Positions 49,731 through 61,974 of a stretch of DNA of 64,000 bases are shown here, one piece after another. The notes beneath the pieces are model-generated. The model worked only from the letters and a program-made list of their open reading frames with translations, searched no databases and was not told the origin of the DNA. How positions within the stretch are numbered: the first letter of the stretch is position 1; each line of letters opens with the position of its first letter. The stretch comes from Mobula hypostoma (lineage: Eukaryota), in the NCBI RefSeq assembly GCF_963921235.1, contig NC_086097.1, positions 111,168,001-111,232,000 on the forward strand, in the 5' to 3' direction. The position numbers and the translations under genes were made by a program.

Positions 49731-50034
49731 TAAGGTAGAAGGAGATGAGTTATACCAATCTCGTTATATGCACGTGCAGCCCAACTCTTGGAGTGAAAAT
49801 GCGGAAAGTTTGAAGTTTCTCCTCATCTCCTTCTACTTTAGGCCACAAAATTATCAATCACCCCTGCTGTGGACCACTTTCTGGAGGTCCAAGATGCCGA
49901 CTTCTACGAAGAAGAGATCTGTCTGCTCCACGACTGCTGGACTACGTGTGTAAATGTAGGAAAAACAAATGTGCTAGGTTTTCTTCTTCTAGACTCCTTC
50001 CACCCTAGGCCACGAACTTATCAATCACCCCTCG
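49731..50034 (+). mobile_element. Mariner-derived non-autonomous element
   Basis: Transposase C-terminus FYEEEICLLHDCWTTCVNVG; right TIR ggccacgaacttatcaatcacccctcg followed by TA; a second TIR copy at ~49822-49865; left TIR truncated. Confidence 0.75.
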
Positions 50035-50295
50035 TATACAATATACATCCTAAAATTCTTTTTATCAAAAAGCATCCACGAAAACAGAGTGCCCCAAAGG
50101 ATGAATGACAGTTAAACGTTAGAACTTCAGCTCTCCCCTCCCACGCACAAGCAGCAGCCAGGCAACAACCCCCCTCCTTCACCAGCAAAAGAGCATCGGT
50201 GCCCACCACCGAGCACTGGTGTGCATTAAAGCATCAACAAAGACACAGACTTGCAGAACCCCAAAGACTGCTCACGCACCCAGTAATTCAACATA

Positions 50296-51961
50296 CCTCT
50301 CTCCCTCCCCCTCCCTCCCCTCTCTCCCACCTCTCTCTCCCCCTCTCTCTCTCCCTCTCTCTCTCCCTCCCTCTCTCCCACCCTCTCTCCCACCCTTTCT
50401 CTCTCCACCCTCTCTCCATCCCCCTCTTTCCACCCCCCTCTCCTTCTCTCCCTCTCCCTTCCCCTCTCTCTCCCCCCTCACCCTCTCTCCCCTCTCTCTC
50501 TCCCACCCTCTCTCTTTCCACCCTCTCTCCCCCTCTCTCCACCCCCCTCTCTCCACCCCCTCTCTCCCACACTCTCTCTCCCCCTCTCTCCCCCCTCCCC
50601 CCTCTCTCCCCCTTTCTCACCCTCTCTCTCTCTCCCCTCTCTCTCTCCCCCTCTCCCTCTCTCTCTCGCTCTCTCTCCCCCTCTCCCCTCTCTCCCCCTC
50701 TCTCCCCCTCTCTCCCCTCTCTCTCCCCCTCTCCCCTCTCTCTCTCCCCCTCTTTCCCCCTCTCCCTCTCTCTCGCTCCCCGCTCTCTCTCCCCCTCTCT
50801 CACCCTCTCTCTCTCTCCCACCCCCCCTCTCCCTCTCTCCTTTGTCTCTCCCCCTCTCTCTCTCTCTCCACCATCTCTCCCCCACCCCCCTCTCCCCCCA
50901 CCCTCTCTCCACCCCTCTCTCTCAATCCCTCTCTCACCCCCTTCTCTCCCCTTCTCTCCCCCTCTCTCTCCCCACCCCCTCTCTCCTCTGTCTCTCCCCC
51001 CCTCTCTCTCTCCACTCTCTCTCCCCTCCCCCTTTCTCCCCCTCCCTCTCTCCACCCCCTTTCTCTCACCCCCTCTCACCCCCTCCCCACCCCATCTTCC
51101 CCCTCTCTCCCACCCTCTCTCTCTCTCCAACCCCTCCCTCTCTCTCCCCTCTCTCTCACCCCTCTCTCCCCTTCTCCCTCTCCCCTCTCTCCCCCTCCCC
51201 CTCCTCTCTCTCTCCCCTCTCCTCTCTCTCACCCGCTCTCCCCTCTCTCTCCCCCTCTCCCTCTCTCCACCCACTCTCTTCACTCCCTCTCTCCCACCCT
51301 CTCTCTCCCCCCCACCCTCTCTCCACCCCCTCTCTCACCCCCTCTCCCCTCTCTCCCCCCACCTGTCTCTCCCCCTCTCTCGCTCACACCCTCTCCCCCC
51401 ACCCCCTCACCCTCTCTCCATCCCCTCTCTCCCCCTCCCCCTCTCACCCCCTCTCTCCTTTCTCCCCCACCTCTCTCTCCCCCTCTCTCGCTCACAGCCT
51501 CTCCCCCCACCCCCTCACCCTCTCTCCACCCCCTCTCTCCCCCTCACCCCTCTCTCTCAACCCCCCTCTCCCTCTCCCCCTCTCTCTCTCTCCCACCCTC
51601 TCTCTCTCCACCCTCTCTCCCCCTCCCCCTCTCTCTCCCCACCCCCTCTCTCTCCCACCCTCTCTCTCTTCCCCTCCCCCTCTCCACCTGCTTTCTCTCA
51701 CCCCTTCTTCTCCCCCTCCTTCTCCCCATCTCTCCCCTCCCTCTCCCCCTCTCTCTCCCCTCTCCCCTCCCTCTCTCCCCCCTCTCCCTCTCACCCCTCT
51801 CTCTCTCCCTCTCCCCCCTCCCTCTCCCCCTCTCTCCCCCTCCCTCTCCCCCCCCTCTCTCTCCCCCCCTCCCCACCCCCTCTCTCTCCCCCACCTCTCT
51901 CTCTCCACCCCCCTCTACCCCCTCTCCTTCTTTCTCCCTCTTTCCCCCTCTCCCTTTCTCT
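50296..51961. repeat. 1.67-kb polypyrimidine (CT/CCCT) low-complexity tract
   Basis: Almost exclusively C/T on the plus strand, with sparse A and rare G. Confidence 0.97.
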
Positions 51962-51989
51962 AAAGAACCTTGATATCGAAGGTGTTCTT

Positions 51990-53690
51990 AGCCGACCTTG
52001 GCCAGGCTATCTTATTCTGATGAAAATGGCTTTTCTGTAAATTGAGATGTTTATTTCTGGTCCATTCCTCACCTTTCTCTCGAGCTACTTTGAAATTGTA
52101 TAGAGTTATGTTCACTTTTCTCAATCTGCTTTCCCACCAACACTCCCTCCACATGATGAGCTTCATTTCTCAAGGTCTGTTCATCCTCCTTCCTTCATTA
52201 CTCTATCTACATACTTTGTCCAAAGGCTCTCTTGAACGTGAGTCAAAAATGTCTTGCCCTCTGGTCTACTACACTCAGGCAATCCATTTAATTTAATGGG
52301 AATTAAAATCACAGAGTAATGTAACCCTATATTTATTGTTTCTTTTTGGTATCTGCCTATATATCTTTTCCACCTTCTCTTGTTGAAACTAGGGAGGTGT
52401 GTAATCCAACTCAACTGCTCCACCCCACCCCCTCCCCACACCACAGAAAAGTGATTACACCCTTGTTGTTCTTGATCTGTACCCAGATAGCCTTGTTTGA
52501 GAAGCCTTCCAGGATATCCTCTCCCAATATCGAAGTAATTCAGTCATAGAGAGTGCAAAATCATTTCCTCTTTTCTTCCCCTACCATCATGCCTGAATAT
52601 ATTATCCCCCAAGATACTGCGTTTTCAGTCCTGCCCCTCCTTCATCTCAGTAATATTAATAGTCTCATTAATCTCCATGTAAATTACAGCTTTGTGTTCA
52701 TCTACCATTTTAGTTTGACTCTTTGTGTTAAGATAGAAGCAGTTTAGCTTTGCATTTCCCTGGTGTGCACTGTTCTTTCAAATGAGTGTACTAAATATTT
52801 CTTCTCCAGGTGATTATACCTCTCCGGCAGAGCATCAGCTCTGAACTCCATTCCGTACTGACTCAGTTGAAGCCTTACCCACACAGCACAAGCAAGTCTC
52901 CCCCACAAGGATGTTGGTGCTGTTCTGGTTAAGGTGTAATCTATTCTTACCCAGAAACAGTCCCAATGACCCAGGAACCTAAAGCCCATCCCTTTAGCTT
53001 CTGGCCTCTCCGACTCCAATATTCAGAGAAGGAACCCAGAGGTTATATGCTTTAGTGTTCTGCCCTTTAAATGGTTTCCTAGCTCTCTCAATTCTTTTTG
53101 CAGCATCTCACAGTTTCTCACCTCTGTTGTTGATGCCAGCAAATACCATGATGTCTGGCTGTTCACACTCCCCTTTCAGAATGTCCTGCTGCTGCTTGGA
53201 AACATCGGCCAGTACAAGGGATGCAACATACCAACCTGGAGTTTCTTTTGCAGCCATAGAAGCACCTGTCTGAAGATATCCCCTACCACTTCAGCTCTCC
53301 TAGTTCTGTTCCTCTCCTTCTGTGTAGCAGTGCCTCTGGGGTGCCACTAACTGGGCTGTTGCTGCTGCTTTCCTGTGAGGCTATTATACGCAACAGTGTC
53401 CAACACAGTATAGCCGTCTGAGAAGGGAATGACTACAGGAATGACTACCCCTCCTGATGGTCACCCATCTCCCTGCTTTCTCCACCTGCGGACCAATCAA
53501 CTCACTGCACATAATGCCCACCAAGTATTCTGTGTCACATTTACTCCACAAGGAGTCCATCTGCTGCTTCAACTGCTCTATGCAGTCTGACAGGAGCTGC
53601 AGTTGGACACACTTCCTGAGGATGTCTAGTCATCAAAGACAATGGATCCATTTCCCATTTGCCCATCCTGCAGAAGGGGATTCCACTACC
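51990..53690 (-). mobile_element. Old CR1 5' portion (ORF1 and endonuclease), decayed
   Basis: GRWVTIRRG, GFRFLGHWDCFW, FLTHVQESL..YVD on the minus strand. Confidence 0.7.
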
Positions 53691-54254
53691 AAATCTCCAA
53701 ATCTTGTACCCAAGTGCTTTTCTACAAGAGCAGAAAGTAAGAAATAGAAATTTCTTACATGGTTACTAGTCATTCTTGACAAGAAAGCAACTATTTCATC
53801 CTTGCATCACTTTGACATCAACAGCCTTTCACAAAATGGCTGTTGCACCTCTTTCTTGCACTCCTTCTATACCGCACAGCCACTGATGGACCCACAAACT
53901 CTGGCCTTGCCTTCCTCGCACTCAACAATTCCAGTAAAACCCACCTGCTGAGTATTTCCAGAACCTTCAGTTTTTATTTTAGGTTTCTAGCATCCACAAT
54001 TCTTCTTGATTTTGAATGGGACGTCAAAGGCAGATCAGAATGGATTGGAGTGGAGAACTAAAGTTACTGACAATTGCAAATTCAGGCAACAAACACAAAA
54101 TGCTGGAGGAACTCAACAGGTCAGGCAGCATCTATGGAAAAAAGTACAGTCAATGTTTTGGGCTGAAACCATTCTGCAGTCCTGCTCTAGCAGTTCCAGA
54201 AACACATTTAAGATGAAAACTAGATGTTAAAGAAGTGAAATAAATAGTTTTGTG

Positions 54255-54288
54255 GTTTATCCAGAAGATGTCAACCGAAGGAGCATTT

Positions 54289-54319
<31 letters not shown>

Positions 54320-54813
54320 CAATCCTATGGCCATTGCGAATGCAAAGTTCTGCTGCCGCCGATTTTTCCTTGTAACCCAATTGGCTACAGTTTCTGTGCT
54401 CCTTGATGTGGGTTTCCACTGTTCATCCAGTCTGGCTGATAGCACACATCAAGGAGCACAGGAGGTGTATCCGTTTGGGTTACCCAGAGAAATCGGCGGT
54501 AGCATAACATTCCATTCGCAATGGCCATAGGATTGACTTTGATGGCAGTAAACTACTGGGCCATGCCAGTGGTTTTTGGGACCGCCTGGTAAAGGAAGCC
54601 ATTGAAATAAAACTAGAGGAAAAAAAATTTAACAAAGACAAAGGTACTGCTCTAAGTAAGAACTGGAATTCAATGGTAAACATGGTGGGGGAGTAGAAAC
54701 TTGATTGGCTGAGGACTAACCAATCAGCAAGGATGGATGACGGGGGTATAAATACTACCAGATAAGACATGCCCAGGCATCATTTCTGATGAAGATGGCA
54801 GAGTTTTCATTGA
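54255..54813. mobile_element. Second PLE family (Penelope/Poseidon-type) 3' fragment with fold-back (54317-54537)
   Basis: HIKEHR..EKSAVA.H..NGHRIDF..FWDRLVKEAIEI..FNKDKG..LSKNW on plus, with an inverted copy on minus. Ends in ctgatga..gaa (truncated hammerhead). Confidence 0.8.
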
Positions 54814-55452
54814 ATGATTAGATTAGATTAGATTATGAGGACACGCAGTCCTCTTTTATCATCATTTAATAATGCATGCATTAAGAAATGAAACAATCTT
54901 TTTCCAGAATGATATCACAGAAACACATGACAAACCAACTAAAAAACTGAGAAAAACCACATAATTATAACATATAGTTACAACAGTGCAAAGCAATACC
55001 GTAATTTGATAAGAACAGACCATGGGCACAGTAAAAAATCTCAAAGTCTCTCGAAAGTTCCATCATCTCGCGCAGATGGTAAACCTCCAGCGCCGCCAAC
55101 TTGCCGATGCAGCATCCCGGAAGCATCTGACCACAGTCTGACTCCGAGTCCATCTGAAAACTCCGAGTCTCCGACCAGCTCTCTGACACCGAGCACCGAG
55201 TGCTTCGACCCCAGCCCCGGCAACAGGCAATAGGCAAAGCCGAGGAATTGGGGCCTTCCCCTCCAGGGATTCTCGATCACACAGTAACAGCAGCAGCGAA
55301 GCCGGCATTTCATAAGTTTCTTCAGGTGTTGCTCCGTGCTTCTCACGGCTGTCTCCATCAAATCAGGATTGTGCACGGCCCCCTAGTTAACACATACGAT
55401 ATTCATTTGAACGGCCGCACGCACTGCTTCGCGCCGCCATCTTCTCCTCCCT
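54814..55452 (-). mobile_element. Non-autonomous LINE-derived element with (ctaat)n tail
   Basis: Minus strand starts ggaggagaagatggcggcg and ends ataaaagaggactgcgtgtcctcataatctaatctaatc. No ORF. Confidence 0.6.
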
Positions 55453-55515
55453 CAGTTATAATGATCAGTTATAATCGATAGCACAAAATAATCTGCAGAT
55501 GCTGGGGTCAAAGCA

Positions 55516-55691
55516 ACACTCACAACACGCTGGAAGAACTCAGCAGGTCAAACAGCATTCGTGGAAAAGATCGGTCAACATTTCGGGCCGGAACCCTTTG
55601 TCCTGACGAAGGGTTCCGGCCCGAAACGTCGACCGATCTTTTCTACGGATGCTGCCCGACCTGCTGAGTTCCTCCAGCGTGTTGTGAGTGT
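55516..55691. repeat. 176-bp palindrome made of two inverted PLE termini
   Basis: 55516-55602 is the near-exact reverse complement of 55605-55691, with a 2-nt centre. Confidence 0.93.
55600..55633 (+). ncRNA. Minimal hammerhead ribozyme, intact core
   Basis: GUC-CUGACGA-A-GGG(UUCCGG)CCC-GAAA-CG-UC^GAC. Confidence 0.75.
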
Positions 55692-57029
55692 AGTTAAAAT
55701 CAATAACTGTTCGAAGCCCGAGAAGAGTTTATTCGTTTAAGAGAGCATAGGTTTAAGATCAAGTGTGAGACATGTAAAAGGGTCACCAGGGGCAGCATCT
55801 GTATGCAAAGGGAATTCAGAATGAGCTACCTGAAATAGTGATTGAGACAGGCACATTGGAAACATTTAAAAATCATTAAAATGGACTGGAGAGGGCTATG
55901 GAGGCAAATGGGACTAGCTCACTGTATGCATGGACAAGGTAGCCAAAGGGCTTGTTTCCATGCTCTATGACTCTATAATCTGTCCAAAGGTTTCTTTTTA
56001 ATGCTATTAATTTGCCTACCTTAACCATTTCCTCTCACAGCTCCTTCCATACACTGATCACCTTCTGGGTGAAAATGCTCTCCCTCATTTTCCTCTGAAA
56101 CCTCTCCTGTCTCTTGTTCTTGATTCTCCAAGTCTGGCAATCTGCTAATTTATTACTGAAACGACATATATTTTCTTCCAAGTCATTTATGTTATAATTA
56201 CAAATAATACATGTTGCAGCAGTGATCCTTGTGGTACACCATTTGTTACAGACTTCCAGTCAAATAATGCTATTCTCTGCCTCCTATTATAAGTCTAATT
56301 TTGGATGCAGTTTACCAACACATCTTGGATCCTTTGTACCTTAATACTCTGGACCAACTCATCATGTGTGACTTTGTCAAAAGCCTTAATATATTCATAT
56401 CAACCACGTCAACTGCTCTGCCTTCATAAGTTTTCTTAGGTTCCCCTCAAAAAGTTAAATTTAACATGAGCAGGAAGCAGCAATGTACTGAAAAAAGTAA
56501 TGATGAATGTTCTGTGTATCCCACAAAGAGCTGGACAAAGCATGGACTCCCACAGGTATGCATAGCTACAGCTTTATCAGGGATAGAGTGGAAATAAAAT
56601 TTGTACACCCTGGGATAAAGGGGAAGGCAATGACTGGGCCTCCAACTGTCTTGATGTGTGACAGAATTATGGGGAATCGGGCAGCCAACGGGAAACTGAG
56701 CCTGTTGGGGACTGGAAACTGGAAATCGTCCAAGTGATGGAAGGCATCAGCATTGTCACAGTCAGAAGAGATTTAAGGAGGGAAGGAAGAAGAGAGGCAT
56801 GGTTAGAATATTTTCTTTAGGATAAGGAGGTGTTGAAAAAATGGGTCGATGTTATAGACCTTAACTTCTGAACCTTAAGAAGGAGAATAATAAGATTGTG
56901 TCTGGTTAAGTATGGTGAAGTTGGAGAATAAAAGGAAAAGATCCAGAGGAAGCAACTCTCTAGCAAACATTGACATCACATTTTGTTAAGTGGTCTTAAC
57001 AAAGTTTTAACAAAATTTTGGTTAAAGGA

Positions 57030-57781
57030 GAAATAGTGCGGACTATTATCTAAATGGGAAGAAGGTTCAAACATCAGAGGTGCAGAGGGACTTAGGAGTC
57101 CTCATGCAAGACTCCGAGAAGGTTAATTTACAGGTTGAGTCTGTGGTAAAGAAGGCAAATGCAATGTTGGCATTTATTTCAAGGGGCATAAAATATAAAA
57201 GTAAGGAGATAATGCTGAGGCTTTATAAGACACTAGTCAGGCCGCACTTGGAATCAACAGTTTTGGGCCCCTTAACCCAGAAAGGATGCATTGTCATTGG
57301 AGAGAGTCCAGAGGAGGTTCACAAGGATGATTCTGGGAATGAAGGGGTTAACATATGAGGAGCATTTGGCGGCTTTGGGCCTGTACTCACTGGAATTTAG
57401 AAAAACACGTTGGGATCTCATTGAAACCCACAGAATGTTGTAAGGACTAGATAAGGTGGTTGAGAGGATGTTTCCTATAGTAGGGGTATCCAGAACTAGA
57501 GGGCACAGCCTCAAAACTGAGGAGCGACCTTTTAAAATAGAGTTAAGGAGAAATTTTTTTAGCTAGAGTGTAGTGAATCTGTGGAATGCTCTGCCACAGA
57601 CTGCAGTGGAGGCCAAGTCTGTGGGTATATTTAAGATGGAAGTTGATAGTTTCCTGATCGTTCGGGGGTGAGAAGGTAGGTGTATGGGGTTGAGTGGCAT
57701 CTGGGATCAGCCACGATGGAATGGCAGAACAGACACAGTGGGCTGAATGGCCCAATTCTGCTCCGATGCCTTATGGTCTTA
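57030..57781 (+). mobile_element. CR1 3' fragment
   Basis: QRDLGVLMQD..VVKKANAMLAFISRG..LVRPHLE; 3' UTR with cttatggtctta tail. Confidence 0.9.
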
Positions 57782-58169
57782 GTCTAAGGGAGTATAGGAT
57801 AAGGTGATTCTTATCTGATCTTTACTTCTGATCTGAACAACAACTGAACCTCGACCATGGCTTCATGCTTTTATCCATTGAGTTGCTGCCACATGATTGG
57901 TTGATGAGATATTTGCATTAATGAGGAGGTGTACCTAATGGAGTGGCCACTGAGTGTACGTGCATTTGATAAGGCAGTGTATGATGGGGGATAGTCAGCA
58001 CAACTTAGTGTGCAGAAGATCATGTTTCCCACACACAACGTCATGTTGCAGCAGACGGGAGGAGCCAGCAGCTTCAGAAAAGAAAGATTTTCTCATTTGA
58101 AAGCTTGTTTTTCTCCAGTTCCTTGGGTAGGATTGCCAATGAAATGAGAAATAGTTACCTTTTCTAGTT

Positions 58170-58540
58170 CAATAGGTGGCTGAGGAGCTGGTGAAGAGGG
58201 AGGTCTTCAGATTTATATTTCACTGCACTCTCTTCCAGGGCAGGTGGGACCAGTACAAGGACAATGGTTTGCATCCAAACTGGCTGGGAACCAATATCCT
58301 TGCTGGAAGATCAGCTTGTGCTTCTCCAGAGGATTTAAGCTGGAGTAGCAAGGGGATGGGAGCCACATCAGTGAGGTAACAGTGGGATAGGGTTGAGGGC
58401 AAGAAAGATGGCTGAATAAGTAACTTGGAAAGGAAGGACAGCAAGGGACAGGCGAGTAAAAATAGTGGGATTGATGGGCTGAAATTTGTTTATTTTAGTG
58501 TGAGGTGTGTTATGGGTAAGGAGGATGAACTTGGAGCTTA
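58170..58540 (+). mobile_element. Old CR1 ORF1/ORF2 junction fragment
   Basis: YKDNGLHPNWLGTNILAGR followed by a decayed ORF2 N-terminus. Confidence 0.7.
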
Positions 58541-59716
58541 AAGGCCAAGAAGCCTGGGGAAGGGGTGCAAGCCCATGATCAATTGTTTCTCACCAATTCC
58601 GCCGATTAAAGCGTCAAAGAAGATTGAAATCAACAAGAACAAGAGTGGAAGGTGGGACATTGTTGGTTGGCATGGAACAGCTGGGCTGAAGGGCCTGTTT
58701 CTGCACTCAGTGACCCCATGACCTGTGGATTATAAGATTATCAGGGGCATAGATAAATAGCAAGAAACTTTGCCCCTGGGTTGAAATATCTATTTCTGGG
58801 GGGTATGAATTTATGGTGAGAGAGTTTAAATTAAAGGAGGTAAGTTTTGTTTTACACAATGTGGAAGGTGCCTGTAATACCTTGCCTCGGATGGTGGTGG
58901 AGACAGTTTATGATAAAGGCATTTAAGAAGCTCTTAGTTAAGTCCATGAATATGCAGATGATGGAGGGGTATTGATATTATGCAGACAGAAGGAATTAGT
59001 TTAGTTAGTTTACTTAGAACAATGTACACCAAAAGGGCCTGTTCCTATCTTGTACTGTTTTATGTTCTCAAGCAAGCATGCCATATGCCTTCTTCACACC
59101 CTGTCTACCCATGTCACGACTTTCAGGGAGCTGTGAGTTAATACCCTTACATTCCTCTGTTCAGCAACATTCCCCAGGGCCCTTCTGTTCACTGTACATG
59201 TCTTACCCTGGATTACATTTTCAAAATACTTCAACTTCATACTTGCCTAATTAAATATCATCTGTTACTCCTTTGCCCACTTCCCTCACCATCCAGGCCA
59301 TGACCTCATCTCGATACTAACATTGGGCGGGAGGTACAGAAGCTTTTGGTTCCACAGCTCCAGGTTCAGGAACGGTTATTAACCTACAACTATCAGGCTC
59401 CTGAACCAGCAAAGATCACATCAATCACTGCACTCTGAAGTGATTCTATGACCTTCAGACTTACTTTCAAGGTCTCTTTACAACTCTTGTTCTCAATTTT
59501 TTTTTGTTTTGCCACATAGGCTGTTTGTCAGTCTTTGTCTATTTATGCAATTTTTAAAATGAAATTCTATTGTATTTCTTATTTTCCTGTAAAAGTCTGC
59601 AAGAAAATAAATCTCCAGGTAATACAGTGGATTCTGGTTATTTGGGACATATCAGGACCAGAACATTTTGGCCCAAGTAAGTGGCTGCTCAATTAGCCGA
59701 AATTTCATGGAAATAG

Positions 59717-61083
59717 ATCGATATTTTATTAATTCCAAAGGAAATTACAGTGTCACAGTAGCATTACACAGATATACGAACAAATATACAAATATTAGAA
59801 GAGAAGTAAGAAAAAAAATAAGTTACCTCAAACAGCCTAACAGGAGGGGGTTATCACTTCCCTGGCGATAGGTTGTCTCATTATAGAGCCTAATGGCTGA
59901 GGGTTAGAATGACCTCATTTAGCACTCTTTGGAGTAGCACAGTTATCTTAATCTATTATTAAAAGTGCTCCTGTGTTCAGGCAAGATGGCATACAGAGGG
60001 TGAGAAACATTGTCCAGAATTGCCAGGATTTTCTGTAGTGTTTTTATTCTACAACAGCCTCCAATGTGTCAAGTCTGACTCCTATAACAAGCCAGCCATT
60101 CTAATTAGTTTATTGAGCCTGTTGGGCATCACCTGTGTTGGTGCCATTGCTCCAGCAGTCCATCACATAGAAGATTGTACTGGTGACAACAGACTAACAG
60201 AACATGTGAAGGGGAGGCCTCAGTCTCCTCAGGAAGTAGAGGCGACTCTGGCCCTTCTTGTACACAGCCTCTGTGTTGGTGCTCCACTCAAGTCTGTCAT
60301 CCAGGTGCACCCCCAGGTACTTTTAGATCCTCACCACATCCATGTTCTCACCATCAATAGTACAGGGAGCAGTTCAGGCTTCGTCTTCCTGAAGTCCCTC
60401 ACCATCTCCTTCGTCTTACTAATGTTGAGCTGCAGATGATTCAGCTTGCACCATTTGACAAAGTCCTCCACCAGGGCCCTGTACTCATCCTCCCATCCTC
60501 CCTTTATACACCCAACTATTGCTGAGTCATCAGAGAATTTCTGCAGAAGACATGACTCAGTTTTGTATCTGAAGTCCAAGGTACACAGGGTAAACAGGAA
60601 GGGAACCAGTACAGTCCCCTGTGGGTCTCCAGTGCTGCTTATAGTCATGTCTGACACACAGCTCTGAAGCCGCACAAACTGTGGTCTGTCAGTCAGGTAG
60701 TCCATTATCCAGGATAGAATGGAGGGGCCAACCTGCATTGAACAGATCTTTTCCCCCAGCAATGAGGGCTGTATGTTATGAAAGGCACTTGAGAAATCAA
60801 AAAGCAGTCTCCCCACAGTGCTGCCCTGCTTATGCAGATGGGAATAGAGTAGGCTCTGTTCAGCAGGTAGATGACAGCAGCGTTGCCTCCAATGTGCTCC
60901 TTGTAGGCAAACTGCAGGGGATTGAGGGCTGATCTAACCAGGGGCCAGAGCTAAGCCAGGACCAGCCTCTCTATGGTCTTCATGATGTGTGAGGTCAGGA
61001 GCACTGGGCAGTAGTCATTCAAGACTTTCCGTTGGCTCTACTTGAGTACTGGGACTACACATGATGTTTTCCACACGTTTTCC
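59717..61083 (-). mobile_element. Rex1/Babar LINE, 5'-truncated
   Basis: FDFSSAFHNIQP, WIMDYLTDRPQFVRL, STGDPQGTVL.PFLFTL, QKFSDDSAIVG, LQLNISKTKEMV.DFRK; aataaa plus atct tail; TSD aatag (59712-59716, 61084-61088). Confidence 0.9.
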
Positions 61084-61141
61084 AATAGTTAAAAAGGTAT
61101 AAAAAAGAAAAAGAACTGAGGAACAAATTATGTATTTAAGC

Positions 61142-61974
61142 TGTGACGAGAATACACATAAAATTAAGATGTTTGCTGCCTGGGCTAGCATCAGTGGCAT
61201 CAGCAGTTGGTCTGCCACCTGCCCTCAGGGGAAGGAGAGATAAGGAACAATGGAGCAGCGTCTGAAGGGACGTGGGAGAGAGAGAGCTGTCTGGAGCGGC
61301 TCCCCCTTTGAACCCTGAACTGTTTGAAGTGATGGACAGGCGATACCCCAGCAGGGGGATAAAAAGAGACGGGTTCGCTAAGACAGACACACACGCCACC
61401 CGAGGTAACGAGACCCTGGAAGCGGTGCGCCTCTCACGAGTGGGTGAGAAGTATCAGACAACGACCAGGGTGGAAAGGTACGATCAGCGGGAACCCGGTG
61501 TGTGTCTGCCCTTGCCTGGGTGCCGGGTTCATTGCAGAGGATCGACCGCATCTGGAGGAGGGGGTCACAGTCGGTGACCTCAGGTGACATCACCAAGGAC
61601 CCGCCCAAAATCGCCGGTCTGTGAGTGAAGCCGTGCTGAATGATCAGTTGTTCCTGTTCTATCTCTCTCTTCCCCCCCACGTTGTCCATCGCCATGGCAG
61701 CGATTACTGCGAACTGAACTACTAACTGGACTGAACTTTGAGTCACTTTTAAATTTGGTCATTTACCCCTAGACAACGATAGAGCTTGATTGATGCTGTT
61801 ATCTTAATTCTGTGCACATGTGTGTTTATCATCGCTGAACTGTTGCATTTATTATCCTTTCGATTACTGTGTTGCTTGTTTCTTTAATAAAACTTTCTTA
61901 GTTCTAGTACTCCAGACTCCAATTGAGTGATCCATTTCTGCTGGTTTGGCAACCCAGTTACGGAGTACGTAACA
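61142..61974 (+). mobile_element. Solo LTR (833 bp)
   Basis: tgtgacg..cgtaaca inverted termini, gataaaa box near 61359, AATAAA at 61886-61891, flanks aagc/aagt. Confidence 0.8.

Noticed and set aside
50199..52040. 613-aa and 584-aa Pro/Ser/Leu ORFs and antisense Gly/Glu/Arg ORFs
   Set aside because: Stop codons cannot arise in a C/T-only tract; all frames are open, which is a low-complexity artefact.
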